Both the position numbers and the translations under genes were made by a program. 64,000 nucleotides of DNA from Candidatus Latescibacterota bacterium (GTDB lineage: Bacteria > Latescibacterota > UBA2968), in the NCBI GenBank assembly GCA_965204375.1, contig OZ241986.1, positions 3,264,001 to 3,328,000 on the forward strand. Reading direction: 5' to 3'. This document shows, in pieces, positions 18,867 to 29,006 of this stretch. The notes below the pieces were generated by a model that worked only from the letters and a program-made list of their open reading frames with translations, did no database searches and had not been told where the DNA came from. Each line of letters starts with the position of its first letter. Position 1 is the first letter of the stretch.

Positions 18867-21800
18867 CTCCTCCTCTCTTTCCACAACGCATAAATCGCCG
18901 GAATCACCAGCAGCGTCAAAATCGTCGATGACACCATCCCCCCCACCATAGGCGCTGCAATGCGCTTCATCGCCTCGGATCCCGTACCCGTTGACCACAT
19001 AATCGGCAACAGACCCATCATCGTCGAAAACACCGTCATCAACTTGGGCCGCACCCGCTCCACAGCACCGGCCATCACCGCCTGATTTAAGTCCGCCAGC
19101 GTCAAAACATCGCCTTTCTCACGTCTAATACTATCATAAGCCTGATCCAGATAAATCAGCATCACCACCCCCGTCTCGGCAGCCAATCCCGCCAGCGCAA
19201 TAAACCCAACACCCACGGCAATACTCATATCGTAATCCAAAATATACATCAACCATATCCCACCGACCAGAGCAAAGGGCAGTGAAAGCATCACAATCGC
19301 GGTCTCAGCCACATTTCTAAAATTCAGATACAACAGAACAAAAATGATCGCCAGCGTCACGGGCACCACAACCTTCAGCTTTCTCTCTGCCCGCAACATA
19401 TATTCATACTGACCGCTCCAGATCGCGGTGTACCCGGGTGGCATCTGCACCTGCTCCAACACCGCCTGTTGCGCCCGCGCCACATAAGTCCCCACATCCA
19501 CGCCTTCAATATCGACATAGACCCACGCATTTAACCGCGCATTCTCGCTCTTAATACCCGGTGGTCCCTTCCGAATGCGAAGATCGGCCAATTGCCCAAT
19601 GGGAATCTGCGCCCCCATCGGCGTGGGCACCAGCACGCGCCGAAGCGCGGGCAAATTGTCGCGCAACTCCCGCCCATAACGCAAATTCACCGGATAGCGT
19701 TCCAAACCCTCCACAGTATGCGTGATATTCATCCCACCCAATGCCGACATAATAACATCCTGTACATCTCCAACCGTCAGCCCATAACGCGCAGCAGCCT
19801 GTCTATCGATCTCAAAATCCAGATAATTGCCACCTGCTGCGCGCTCGGCAAACACACTCAGCGTACCCGGCAAATCGCGCACCACCGTCTCGATCTTCTC
19901 GCCCAACATCTGCAATGTCTCCAGATCATCTCCCACGACCTTGATACCCACAGGCGTCTTAATACCCGTTGAAAGCATATCGATGCGCGTCTTAATCGGC
20001 ATAGTCCACGCATTGGTCAACCCCGGAAATTTCACCGCCTGATTCAATTCTCGAATTAATTTTTGAGGCGTCATGCCTTCTCGCCACTCGGACTCGGGCT
20101 TGAGCATAATCGTCGTCTCAATCATCGACAGCGGAGCCGGGTCTGTCGCAGTCTCCGCCCGACCAATTTTGCCAAATACATGTTCAACTTCGGGAAAAGT
20201 ACGGATGATTTTATCCGTCTGTTGCAACAACGCCCGCGCCCTCGTAATCGATACCCCCGGCAATGTCGTGGGCATATACAACAGATCGCCCTCGTACAAA
20301 GGCGGCATAAATTCCGATCCAATTTTTTCCATAGGAAACAGCGCGTCCAACTTCACCAATGCCTTATAAGTCAAACTCTGCGGTCGGTCTGAAAAACGCG
20401 ACACCACAATATCCCGAAAAGGAAACACCGTCACAAATAGCACCAGCCCGCCCAGCACCACAGTCAGCACCCGATGTCGCAACACCCAATCAATCACGGG
20501 CCGGTACAGATAAATCAACACGCGACTGATGGGATTCTGCGCCTCAGAACGAATTTTACCCCGCACAAAAAAAGTCATCAGCACCGGCACAACCGTAATC
20601 GCCAAAAATGCCGCCGCCGCCATAGCATAAGTTTTGGTATATGCCAGCGGCTTAAACAACCGCCCCTCCTGCGCCTCCAGCGCAAAAACAGGCAAAAACG
20701 ACAGTGTAATAATCAACAGCGAAAAAAACAGCGCAGGTCCCACCTCTTTCGAAGCGGCAATGATCATCTCACTATGCGACTTTGCCCCGCCATCGCGTTC
20801 GATATGCTTGTGCGCATTTTCAATCATCACAATAGCGGCATCCACCATCGCCCCAATGGCAATCGCAATACCGCCAAGAGACATAATATTCGAATTGACA
20901 CCCTGGTGATACATCGCGGCAAACGCAATTAAAATCCCCATCGGCAATGTGAAAACAGCCACAAAAGCACTGCGAAAATGGAGCAAAAAAACAATACACA
21001 CCACAGCCACTATCGCGATCTCTTCAATCAGCTTTTTTTGCAAATGATCAACCGCGCGCAGAATAAGTGCCGAGCGATCGTAATTGGCGACCACCACCAC
21101 GCCTTCGGGAAGACCCGGTTTGAGCGATTCCATCTTCTCTTTCACCCGATCGATAACTTTGAGCGCATTCTCCCCATACCGCATCACCACAATACCCCCC
21201 ACCACTTCCCCCTCGCCATTCCACTCGGCCAAACCCCTTCTGAGTTCTGGCCCCACCTGCACAGTCGCAACATCCTTTACGCGAATCGGTGTACCGTGTT
21301 CATCCACACCCAGTGCAATCTGCTCGATATCCGCTACAGACTGGATATACCCCAACCCACGCACCATAAACTCCGTCTCTGCCAACTCGACCAACCGCCC
21401 CCCCACATCGTTATTGCTTCGCTGAATCGCCGTCCGAATCTTCTGCAAAGGAATATTGTATGCCAGCAAGCGATTGGGATCCACAACCACCTGGTACTGC
21501 TTCACAAATCCCCCCACAGACGCCACTTCCGACACACCCTGCACACTGCTCAACTCATACCGCAAATACCAATCCTGAATCGAGCGCAATTCCGAAAGAT
21601 CATATCTCCCGGTCGTGTCCAGCACCGTATATTGATATACCCAGCCCACACCTGTCGCATCTGGTCCCAGCTTTGGCGTTACCCCCTGCGGCAATCTATC
21701 AGACGCGGAATTGAGATACTCCAACACCCGACTGCGCGCCCAGTACATATCCGTACCATCCTCAAAAATTACATACACATAAGAAATGCCAAAAAACGAA

Positions 21801-22054
21801 TACCCCCGCACCGTCTTTGCATAAGGAACGGACAACATCGCCGTCGTCAGCGGATACGTCACCTGATCTTCCACCACCTGCGGTGCCTGCCCTGGATATT
21901 CGCTAAACACGATCACCTGCACATCCGACAAATCGGGAATCGCATCCAGTGGCGTATTCAACATCGCGTACACCCCCCATCCAATCACCATCAAAGTGGC
22001 AATCACCACCAAGAACCGATTCTCGACACTCGCTTCAATAATTCGATTTAACAT
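18845..22054 (-). CDS. cusA: CusA/CzcA heavy-metal RND efflux permease
   Basis: LDAIPDLSDVQVI, GPDATGVGW, NIMSLGGIAIAIGAMVDAAI, WTMPIKTRIDML and RVRPKLMT. Confidence 0.96.
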   Translation of the reverse strand: MLNRIIEASVENRFLVVIATLMVIGWGVYAMLNTPLDAIPDLSDVQVIVFSEYPGQAPQVVEDQVTYPLTTAMLSVPYAKTVRGYSFFGISYVYVIFEDGTDMYWARSRVLEYLNSASDRLPQGVTPKLGPDATGVGWVYQYTVLDTTGRYDLSELRSIQDWYLRYELSSVQGVSEVASVGGFVKQYQVVVDPNRLLAYNIPLQKIRTAIQRSNNDVGGRLVELAETEFMVRGLGYIQSVADIEQIALGVDEHGTPIRVKDVATVQVGPELRRGLAEWNGEGEVVGGIVVMRYGENALKVIDRVKEKMESLKPGLPEGVVVVANYDRSALILRAVDHLQKKLIEEIAIVAVVCIVFLLHFRSAFVAVFTLPMGILIAFAAMYHQGVNSNIMSLGGIAIAIGAMVDAAIVMIENAHKHIERDGGAKSHSEMIIAASKEVGPALFFSLLIITLSFLPVFALEAQEGRLFKPLAYTKTYAMAAAAFLAITVVPVLMTFFVRGKIRSEAQNPISRVLIYLYRPVIDWVLRHRVLTVVLGGLVLFVTVFPFRDIVVSRFSDRPQSLTYKALVKLDALFPMEKIGSEFMPPLYEGDLLYMPTTLPGVSITRARALLQQTDKIIRTFPEVEHVFGKIGRAETATDPAPLSMIETTIMLKPESEWREGMTPQKLIRELNQAVKFPGLTNAWTMPIKTRIDMLSTGIKTPVGIKVVGDDLETLQMLGEKIETVVRDLPGTLSVFAERAAGGNYLDFEIDRQAAARYGLTVGDVQDVIMSALGGMNITHTVEGLERYPVNLRYGRELRDNLPALRRVLVPTPMGAQIPIGQLADLRIRKGPPGIKSENARLNAWVYVDIEGVDVGTYVARAQQAVLEQVQMPPGYTAIWSGQYEYMLRAERKLKVVVPVTLAIIFVLLYLNFRNVAETAIVMLSLPFALVGGIWLMYILDYDMSIAVGVGFIALAGLAAETGVVMLIYLDQAYDSIRREKGDVLTLADLNQAVMAGAVERVRPKLMTVFSTMMGLLPIMWSTGTGSEAMKRIAAPMVGGMVSSTILTLLVIPAIYALWKERRRSADGRR

Positions 22055-22083
22055 CGCGTTCCAACCCCCTCAAAATACGCGCA

Positions 22084-23403
22084 TCAATGTCCACCATGTC
22101 CACCATGTCCGCCATGTCCACCAACATCCCCGCGCATCCCCGCCAGTGCAGCCTTCAAATTGCTCTCTGAATCGATCAAAAATTGCGCCGAAGTCACAAT
22201 CCGCTCCCCCGAATTTAATCCCTGCATTACCTCATAGCCATCCTCGGTCTCCACCCCGGTGTGAATCTCGCGCGGTTCAAACTTGCCATCTCCCTGGGCC
22301 ATCACAACAACCCTGCGCGTCCCCGAATGAATCACCGCCTGCACGGGAATCACAATCCCCTCACGCGCCACCTCGGAGCGAATCACCACATCGGCATACA
22401 TATCCGGTTTAAGCGCACCATCTGCATTATCGAAAATCATCCGTACCTGCACCGTACGCGTCTTTTCATTCATAAAGGGAAAAATATAATCCACTTTTCC
22501 CCCAAATTGCTCGCCCGGCAAATAAGACAGCGACACCTCTGCGCGCTGCCCTTTGGAAACCCACGGCATCTCGTATTCGTACACATCTGCATAAATCCAC
22601 ACCACCGACAGATCCGCAATGCGATACAGATGTTGACCCGACCCAATATACGCTCCCTCCAGCACATCTTTGTGCGTCACAATCCCCGAACGAGGAGCCA
22701 GAATGGGCATTGTCCGCCCAGCCTGTCGCGTCTTCTCCAACTCGGCAATCTGACCCTCCGAAATATCCCAGTACAGCAACCTCTGTCGCGCAGCAGCAAG
22801 CAGATCGTCGGCACTTTGCGCCACATTTCGATCCACGCCACCGCGCATTCTCTCCGCATAATCCAGAGCCGTCAAATACTCCTCCTGCGCCGCAACGAGT
22901 TCAGGGCTATAAAGCGCCAGCAAAGGCTGCCCCTTTTTCACCCACTGACCGGTATAATCCACATATAACTCTTCAACCCATCCGGCGACCTTACTATTCA
23001 CATCCATAATCCGCGTCTCGTCATAATCCACCCTGCCCACCGCACGCACCGTACGCTTCAAAGGCTGTTTCTTCACCACCATCGTCTTCACACCAATATT
23101 CTGAATCGTCGCGGGATCGATCTGCACAGTCGCCGATTGCACATCTCCCTCAGACGATCCAGTGACCTCTTTCTCGACCAAATCCATATTGCAAATTGGA
23201 CAAGTACCGCGCTTATCCGACACTACCGTCGGATGCATCGGACAGATATAGGTCGCGTGCTCCATCTGCGCGTCATGATGATGCCCGCCATTCATCTCCT
23301 TTTGCACCTGATCTGTATGCGTATCTCCCGAAATCCAGACCCCACCAACAAATCCCGCGACCAATACCGCGATCAATACTAAAATTGGAAGGAGATATTT
23401 CAT
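22084..23403 (-). CDS. cusB: CusB-type membrane fusion protein
   Basis: YICPMHP...CPICNMDL metal domain, LYSPEL, AQFLIDSES and a (GGH)4 tail. Confidence 0.93.
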   Translation of the reverse strand: MKYLLPILVLIAVLVAGFVGGVWISGDTHTDQVQKEMNGGHHHDAQMEHATYICPMHPTVVSDKRGTCPICNMDLVEKEVTGSSEGDVQSATVQIDPATIQNIGVKTMVVKKQPLKRTVRAVGRVDYDETRIMDVNSKVAGWVEELYVDYTGQWVKKGQPLLALYSPELVAAQEEYLTALDYAERMRGGVDRNVAQSADDLLAAARQRLLYWDISEGQIAELEKTRQAGRTMPILAPRSGIVTHKDVLEGAYIGSGQHLYRIADLSVVWIYADVYEYEMPWVSKGQRAEVSLSYLPGEQFGGKVDYIFPFMNEKTRTVQVRMIFDNADGALKPDMYADVVIRSEVAREGIVIPVQAVIHSGTRRVVVMAQGDGKFEPREIHTGVETEDGYEVMQGLNSGERIVTSAQFLIDSESNLKAALAGMRGDVGGHGGHGGHGGH

Positions 23404-23422
23404 ATCTCAACTCCTTGTTAGA

Positions 23423-23448
23423 GGGCAGGCACAGGAGCCTGCCCCGAC
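23423..23448. repeat. REP-like palindrome
   Basis: gggcaggc-acagga-gcctgccc-cgac between cusC and cusB. Confidence 0.65.
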
Positions 23449-23455
23449 CTTACAC

Positions 23456-24715
23456 CTAACGTCCTACCGCCACCGCCAGATCTGCCACTCGTTTTTCATG
23501 CTCAATCACATGTCGATAATGTGCGACCTCAAAATTCAACAGCGTCATCTGATTATTCAACAGCGTCAAAAAATCTACCTTATCCACCCGATACCCCGAC
23601 AATGCCGACGCCAGCGACTGCTCTGCCTGAGGCAACATCGCAGAGCGAAACAACTCGGCACTTTCCCGGTGTTGCCCGACCTCAATAATCAGACGCTGAA
23701 TCTCGTAGTGAATCTTCTGGCGTTCAGCGGCCTTTTGCGCCTCAACCTCTCGCATATTGGCCCGCGCTTCTGCAATCTGCTGGCGTTGCTTGCGCCCGCC
23801 AAACACGGGCAATGGAATACCAATACCAACAGATATAAAATCGCTTCCTTTCACCGGATCATTTGCCGCAAACACGCGCTGGCGATATCCCAAACTCACC
23901 GTCATATCCGGCCAAACATTTCTTCGTGCAACCTCAACCTCTGCTTGCCACATCAAAACCGATTGATCCATCGCCTTCAGGGATGGATGTACCTCGTCGG
24001 CCTGCGCCTGCAAGGCATCAACTGTCAGCGGCACGCCCGAAAGGCCAATAGTATCTGGCGGTGCGCCCAGAGGACTTTGCGGAGACCGATTCAACACCAG
24101 ATTCAAACGCGCCTCTGCCAATTGTTTTTTAGCCCGAAGAGCAATCAACTCTGTATCCAGTGCCGAAAGCGAAACCTGAGCTTTCAACACATCCTGTTGC
24201 AACCCCTTTCCAACGGCGTATTTCGTGCGGGCAATGCGAATCAGGTCTTGCAACAACACCCGATTCTTTTTCATAATCGCAATGGCACGGATCACATAAG
24301 CCAGATCAAAAAAAGGCTGCTTGACCGCATTGGCAATAGCCAGTTCTCGATCGCGTAACAGCCAGGCAACAGACTCTGAGGCAAACTGGGCTGAACGCTC
24401 GCGCGCCCGCTGTTTTCCCGGTAAAGAAAACTTCTGGTTGAGCACAAATTGATTCCCACTCATCGGCGTACTGCTCAAATTGAAGTCGCTCAACGGCACA
24501 TTGCTCACCTCAAAGCGAAAAGACGGATCTTCCAGCGTGCCCGCCTGGGGAATTTTTGCTTCAAAAGCAGCCAACCGCGCCCGCAAAACCGACAAATTGG
24601 GATTATTTTTCAAAGCCTCCTGAATCAGCGCATCCAGATCCAGTTCATCTGCCTGCAAAGGCAAAATAGATATACCCATGAGGCATAGTCCGATCATGGC
24701 TCGGATAGCATACAC
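23456..24715 (-). CDS. TolC-family outer membrane efflux protein (CusC/CzcC-like)
   Basis: Signal peptide, ALKNNP, two OEP repeats and YRVDKVDFLTLL; first structural gene of the cus operon. Confidence 0.9.
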   Translation of the reverse strand: MYAIRAMIGLCLMGISILPLQADELDLDALIQEALKNNPNLSVLRARLAAFEAKIPQAGTLEDPSFRFEVSNVPLSDFNLSSTPMSGNQFVLNQKFSLPGKQRARERSAQFASESVAWLLRDRELAIANAVKQPFFDLAYVIRAIAIMKKNRVLLQDLIRIARTKYAVGKGLQQDVLKAQVSLSALDTELIALRAKKQLAEARLNLVLNRSPQSPLGAPPDTIGLSGVPLTVDALQAQADEVHPSLKAMDQSVLMWQAEVEVARRNVWPDMTVSLGYRQRVFAANDPVKGSDFISVGIGIPLPVFGGRKQRQQIAEARANMREVEAQKAAERQKIHYEIQRLIIEVGQHRESAELFRSAMLPQAEQSLASALSGYRVDKVDFLTLLNNQMTLLNFEVAHYRHVIEHEKRVADLAVAVGR

Positions 24716-24856
24716 AAGCCACCTCCAGAAAATTTGTATTTATTTTTTTATTCAAAAAGGAAAAATGCTGCAAAACATGCGGCAGGAAAAACGACCATTT
24801 GGGAACGATTTGTACACACCTATCCCCAAACGCCGTTCAAGCGCAGGCAGGAAAAA

Positions 24857-25210
24857 TCAGATGAGAAATGCAGCGTGGAGAAGGTACAGATCGGGCGGTG
24901 ATCGCAAAGCTTTCTGCCGATCATATACCTTAAAAGGAAGGAAATCATTCTGAGAAAGAACAACAGAGGAATACAACGTCACACAAGGCAAATCCAACTT
25001 TGGATTTTGCCATTCACCCGGCAAAACAGCCAGATCGCGCGCAGGCATCTGCTGATCAACTGTTGCCTCTTTGCTACAACAACAATCTTTCATCTCTACC
25101 GCAGCATGACACTCTGGCATCGAAGCCTGATGCGCCCAGCACAGACAGGGCGCAACCATTCCCATGAGCGTCAGCGCGACAATACAAATATGAGCAAAAC
25201 GACGAAACAC
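24857..25210 (-). CDS. exported Cys/His-rich small protein with C-terminal RSPP motif (DUF2946/CruR/CutF-like)
   Basis: GTG start with GGAG SD. Signal peptide, CLC, ECH, DCCC and a C-terminus LRSPPDLYLLHAAFLI. Confidence 0.75.
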   Translation of the reverse strand: MFRRFAHICIVALTLMGMVAPCLCWAHQASMPECHAAVEMKDCCCSKEATVDQQMPARDLAVLPGEWQNPKLDLPCVTLYSSVVLSQNDFLPFKVYDRQKALRSPPDLYLLHAAFLI

Positions 25211-25285
25211 GGCTCAATCTCCAGAAGTTGGAAAACTTTGTAAAAAATAACCAAAAGCACTTATTTCGTCAAGACGCGCATTTTT

Positions 25286-25981
25286 TTACCACCACCCGCG
25301 CCGCCGACCTCGCCGACCCCGATCATTTTCCCGATCTTCGGGTATCTCGCCAATTACAATATCAAAATTTGCCGTCAATTCGCCAATCTCAGACCCGGGC
25401 AATGGCTTAAACGGCACGGACAACAAATCGTGAGAAGCGCGACCAGTATTCCTGAAAATAGAATCCCACGCATTGTCCGGATTATCTTTCACGTACATCT
25501 GCGACGTCAAAAGCCGGTGCCCATTTTTATTAATCGCAAAATGAATATGAGCGGTTCGCGACCCCCCGTACCGCACGGGCTTAATCGTCCGAAAGCGGTA
25601 CTCCCCTGTAGATCCCGTCTCAAAACGCCCAAAACCCTGAAAATTCGTGTCCCGCCTGTTGCGCCGCGGAGCCTCAGAATGAATATAAACCCCATTGCTA
25701 TCGACCTGCCAGATCTCCACGATGGCATTCTTTACGGGATTGGCATTCACATCCAAAACGCGTCCGGTCAAATGCGTAATCTCTCCCACGGCTGGCGTAA
25801 TCGCATCGTTGATTATCACGAGATCATTATCGACATCCAGCGGCATCTTATCCGGATAAAATGGGCCCTCGGTCTGTCGAGGCGTAAGCGTCAATTGCTC
25901 GGCAAAAACCCCTGGCGTCACAAAAACCGCAGCACCCAATGCAGCGGATTGATACAGAAAATGTCGGCGATTAACAGACAT
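25286..25981 (-). CDS. Tat-exported intradiol ring-cleavage dioxygenase-like protein
   Basis: NRRHFL twin-arginine motif, TEGPFY, EIWQVDSNGVY, TIKPVRY and RTAHIH iron ligands. Confidence 0.9.
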   Translation of the reverse strand: MSVNRRHFLYQSAALGAAVFVTPGVFAEQLTLTPRQTEGPFYPDKMPLDVDNDLVIINDAITPAVGEITHLTGRVLDVNANPVKNAIVEIWQVDSNGVYIHSEAPRRNRRDTNFQGFGRFETGSTGEYRFRTIKPVRYGGSRTAHIHFAINKNGHRLLTSQMYVKDNPDNAWDSIFRNTGRASHDLLSVPFKPLPGSEIGELTANFDIVIGEIPEDRENDRGRRGRRRGWW

Positions 25982-26025
25982 CACGGCCTCCCTCGCATAA
26001 AATTTTCTAGCTGTATAAAAAACGA

Positions 26026-26718
26026 CTATCTAATCTCCACGTACCGCTCCAAACGCGCGACCTCGCCGTCATCGACGTACTTGCCAATCTCACGCCGAAA
26101 CTGCTCCATGCTCGAATACGGACGGTACTCCTCAAACTCGTGCGCCATCCGCTTTCCCACGCCGGGAATGGCGAGGATCTCATCCTCGGTAGCTGTGTTC
26201 AAGTCAATAGGCACAAAAACATACTGCTCCATTCGCGCAACCTCGGTATCATCTACGTATTTGCCCATCTCACGGCGCCATTGGGCAATAGCCGTATAAG
26301 GACGGTACTCCTCAAACTCGTGCGCCATCTTTTTGCCTACACCAGGCACCAGAAGAATCTCCTCCTCGCTGGCGGTATTCAGATTAATCGGAATGAACAT
26401 CTGAACGTAGAGCTTCGCGGTCTCCTCCTCGCCAAGATGTTGCGAGATGACCGAGTGCAATGCGTCCATACCGAGGAACGGGCGCTGCGCCATAATCGAG
26501 TCACCGAGTGCTTTGCTCACCCCGGGAAGTGCGCCGAGTTCATCGGCTCCTGCGAGATTTGGATTGACAACCACCGCGCTACTCGCGGCTTCTTCTGCGG
26601 GAGCATCAGAAGCAGGTTTCTCATCTACATTCGCACCACCACAACCCCAGAGCATCGCAAAACACACGAGTAACACCGCCATATTGGTAAACTTCTCTCT
26701 TCTACCGCAAATATTCAT
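26026..26718 (-). CDS. lipoprotein with three ComEA-like helix-hairpin-helix repeats
   Basis: LWGC lipobox; repeats NLNTASEEEILLVPGVGKKMA and DLNTATEDEILAIPGVGKRMA. The true start may be the second Met. Confidence 0.85.
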   Translation of the reverse strand: MNICGRREKFTNMAVLLVCFAMLWGCGGANVDEKPASDAPAEEAASSAVVVNPNLAGADELGALPGVSKALGDSIMAQRPFLGMDALHSVISQHLGEEETAKLYVQMFIPINLNTASEEEILLVPGVGKKMAHEFEEYRPYTAIAQWRREMGKYVDDTEVARMEQYVFVPIDLNTATEDEILAIPGVGKRMAHEFEEYRPYSSMEQFRREIGKYVDDGEVARLERYVEIR

Positions 26719-27194
26719 GTTCCCTCCTGAGAATTTTTCACTTTACCAGCCCGCAAACCGGGATGGCGAAAACAAACCGCTAAACCGAGCAATCCGAGAA
26801 GTGTCATCGTACCTGGTGCCAGCGACGGGGTGGCACCGCCCAAAGCTTCCCAAACAAGCTCAAGCCCACTGCGGGATGGATACATCTCCAACTCGAACTC
26901 GACGTTTCCCTTGTAGTGAAGCCACTGTCCGACAAAACCCGAAACAACGAACAATACCATAACAATCTGAAAAACGCGGACACTCACCACGCCAGGCGCG
27001 ATAAAGAGCCAGCCGGCGCACGGAAGTGCCGCCATAAAGAGCACGAGAGGAACCCACTGCCAAAAATCCTCCATATGCTCGAGGAGAACAAGCTCGGCTC
27101 CCGTGCCGACAATTCCCATTATCAAAATAGCGAGAACAAAACGCCGAAGCAGGTCGGCGTCTTCTCTCCAAGACCGTTGGGTTGAAATATCCAA
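26715..27194 (-). CDS. hypothetical 4-TM membrane protein
   Basis: Four hydrophobic segments with ELVLLEH, HYKGN and PSLAPG. 4-bp overlap with the next gene. Confidence 0.8.
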   Translation of the reverse strand: MDISTQRSWREDADLLRRFVLAILIMGIVGTGAELVLLEHMEDFWQWVPLVLFMAALPCAGWLFIAPGVVSVRVFQIVMVLFVVSGFVGQWLHYKGNVEFELEMYPSRSGLELVWEALGGATPSLAPGTMTLLGLLGLAVCFRHPGLRAGKVKNSQEGT

Positions 27195-27344
27195 AACGCA
27201 TTCCTATTTTTTATCACTAATCCTTAGACCACCCAACACGCCAGAACGTTCCCACCTATCATCTCCCATCCTATATACCTTTTATTTTTTCTCTTAGAGA
27301 ATTATATTACGCATCCTCAATACTCATTTCACAAGGAGACCACA

Positions 27345-27722
27345 ATGAAAAAACAACCCTTCACCAGCAAACGCGGCAACATCCCCAAATTCCCCTACTC
27401 GCAAGCCATAATCTACGGCAACCTCATCTTCATCTCTGCCCAACCCCCGGTCGATCCGGAAACCGATGAAATTGTCGGAGACGATATCAAAGCGCAAACC
27501 CGGTGCATACTCACCAATATCTCGGGCATTCTCGAAGACGCGGGAACATCGCTCGACAACGTCCTGAAAGTAACCGTCATCCTCCAGGACCGCTCTCTTT
27601 TTTCGGACTTCAACGACGCCTACGCCGAATTTTTCCCCGAAAACGCGCCCACGCGCACCCCCATCTTCGGCGATACCGGCGCACATCTGGTACTCCTCGA
27701 CGTCATCGCGGGGATGAAGTGA
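27345..27722 (+). CDS. RidA/YjgF family protein
   Basis: PYSQAI, FISAQ, NVLKVTV, FNDAYAEFF and PTR; AGGAG SD. Confidence 0.9.
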   Translation: MKKQPFTSKRGNIPKFPYSQAIIYGNLIFISAQPPVDPETDEIVGDDIKAQTRCILTNISGILEDAGTSLDNVLKVTVILQDRSLFSDFNDAYAEFFPENAPTRTPIFGDTGAHLVLLDVIAGMK

Positions 27723-27813
27723 GAAGGAAGAAGAGAGAAGTGAGCACAGGCGGAGCCTACAACGCAGCGCAGCAAGTAACGCCCACCCAACACCACCCCA
27801 AGACGGATGCTTC

Positions 27814-27843
27814 TTCACACTTCAAACTTCACACTTCAAACTT
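27814..27843. repeat. heptamer tandem repeat (CAMACTT)n
   Basis: ttcacacttcaaacttcacacttcaaactt overlapping the pdxA stop. Confidence 0.7.
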
Positions 27844-28853
27844 CTCCAAATCGCCAACTTACTCCCCACACGGATCGCCTGCAACATATTTACAGCTTTG
27901 GCAACACCTTTACCCGCGATATCATAAGCCGTACCATGATCCACAGACGTCCGCACAATCGGCAGACCCAGCGTCACATTGACGGCCTCATCAAACGCCA
28001 CCAGCTTTGCGGGCACATGGCCTTGATCGTGATACATCGCCACCACCCCGTCGTACAGCCCATTATAAACCTTTAAAAAAGTCGTATCCGCAGGCAGCGG
28101 ACCGTCAACGCGCCAGCCTTCGCTCAAAGTCTTTTCAACAGCCGGACGGACGACCTCTGCGTCCTCGCTACCAAACAAGCCATTTTCACCCGCGTGTGGA
28201 TTTAACCCGCATACTGCTATTCTGGGATCTAACTTCCCCATGCCGATAAGCACATCTCGGGTAAGCCGAACCGTATCGTAAATCAGATCGACCGTAAGCC
28301 TATCGGGAACCTCGTGCAACGCAATATGCCCCGTCACATGCGACACATTCATGCGATCAGATACCAGCATGAGATGTGCGCGACCTGCACCTGATTTTTC
28401 AGCCAACAACTCCGTATGACCCGCAAAGGGATAACCCGCCAGATTCATCGCCTCCTTATTCAAAGGCGCCGTCACAATCCCGTCAATTCGATCCGCCATC
28501 GCCAGATCAACCGCGCGAATCACCCACTCAGCCGCTGCTCTACCCGCCTCGCGACACACCTCGCCCATAGCAATCTGACCCACATCCACATCTACCGGGC
28601 ACCAGATATCAACGCCCCCAAATTCAAACGCACCATCTTCGGGTCGCTCCACAACCCGCACATCCAGTCGCACACCGGCCATAGCCATATCGCGCTTCAA
28701 TATTTCCGGATGCCCAATAACCAGAGGTCTGCACACGCGATAGCTTTCCTCACGCGCCAGAGCCTTCAAAATCACTTCCGATCCTATACCACACGGATCG
28801 CCCATCGTAATACCCATCAGCGGGCGTTTGTCCAAACCGTCTTTCTCAATCAT
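27822..28853 (-). CDS. pdxA: 4-hydroxythreonine-4-phosphate dehydrogenase family protein
   Basis: TMGDPCGIG, TAPLNK, GHTE, LNPHAGE, MYHDQG and RTSVDHGTA. Confidence 0.92.
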   Translation of the reverse strand: MIEKDGLDKRPLMGITMGDPCGIGSEVILKALAREESYRVCRPLVIGHPEILKRDMAMAGVRLDVRVVERPEDGAFEFGGVDIWCPVDVDVGQIAMGEVCREAGRAAAEWVIRAVDLAMADRIDGIVTAPLNKEAMNLAGYPFAGHTELLAEKSGAGRAHLMLVSDRMNVSHVTGHIALHEVPDRLTVDLIYDTVRLTRDVLIGMGKLDPRIAVCGLNPHAGENGLFGSEDAEVVRPAVEKTLSEGWRVDGPLPADTTFLKVYNGLYDGVVAMYHDQGHVPAKLVAFDEAVNVTLGLPIVRTSVDHGTAYDIAGKGVAKAVNMLQAIRVGSKLAIWRSLKCEV

Positions 28854-28865
28854 AATAAATCCAAC

Positions 28866-28893
28866 AAAAAAGTGGCGGCCTCAAAACCGCCAC
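28866..28893 (-). terminator. intrinsic terminator
   Basis: Minus strand gtggcgg-ttttgagg-ccgccac-tttttt. Confidence 0.8.
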
Positions 28894-28988
28894 AATCGTT
28901 CTTTCTTCTTTTTTGCTTGCCACCTTACCAGCAAGGCGGTAAGCCCACACAGGCCCGTTACTACGATCATACCAATGACTGTTTCCAT
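28881..28988 (-). CDS. 35-aa single-pass membrane protein
   Basis: GAGAGGA SD; METVIGMIVVTGLCGLTALLVRWQAKKKKERLWRF, a TM helix plus basic tail. Below the ORF-track cutoff. Confidence 0.7.
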   Translation of the reverse strand: METVIGMIVVTGLCGLTALLVRWQAKKKKERLWRF

Positions 28989-29006
28989 TACGCATCCTCT
29001 CAACCA

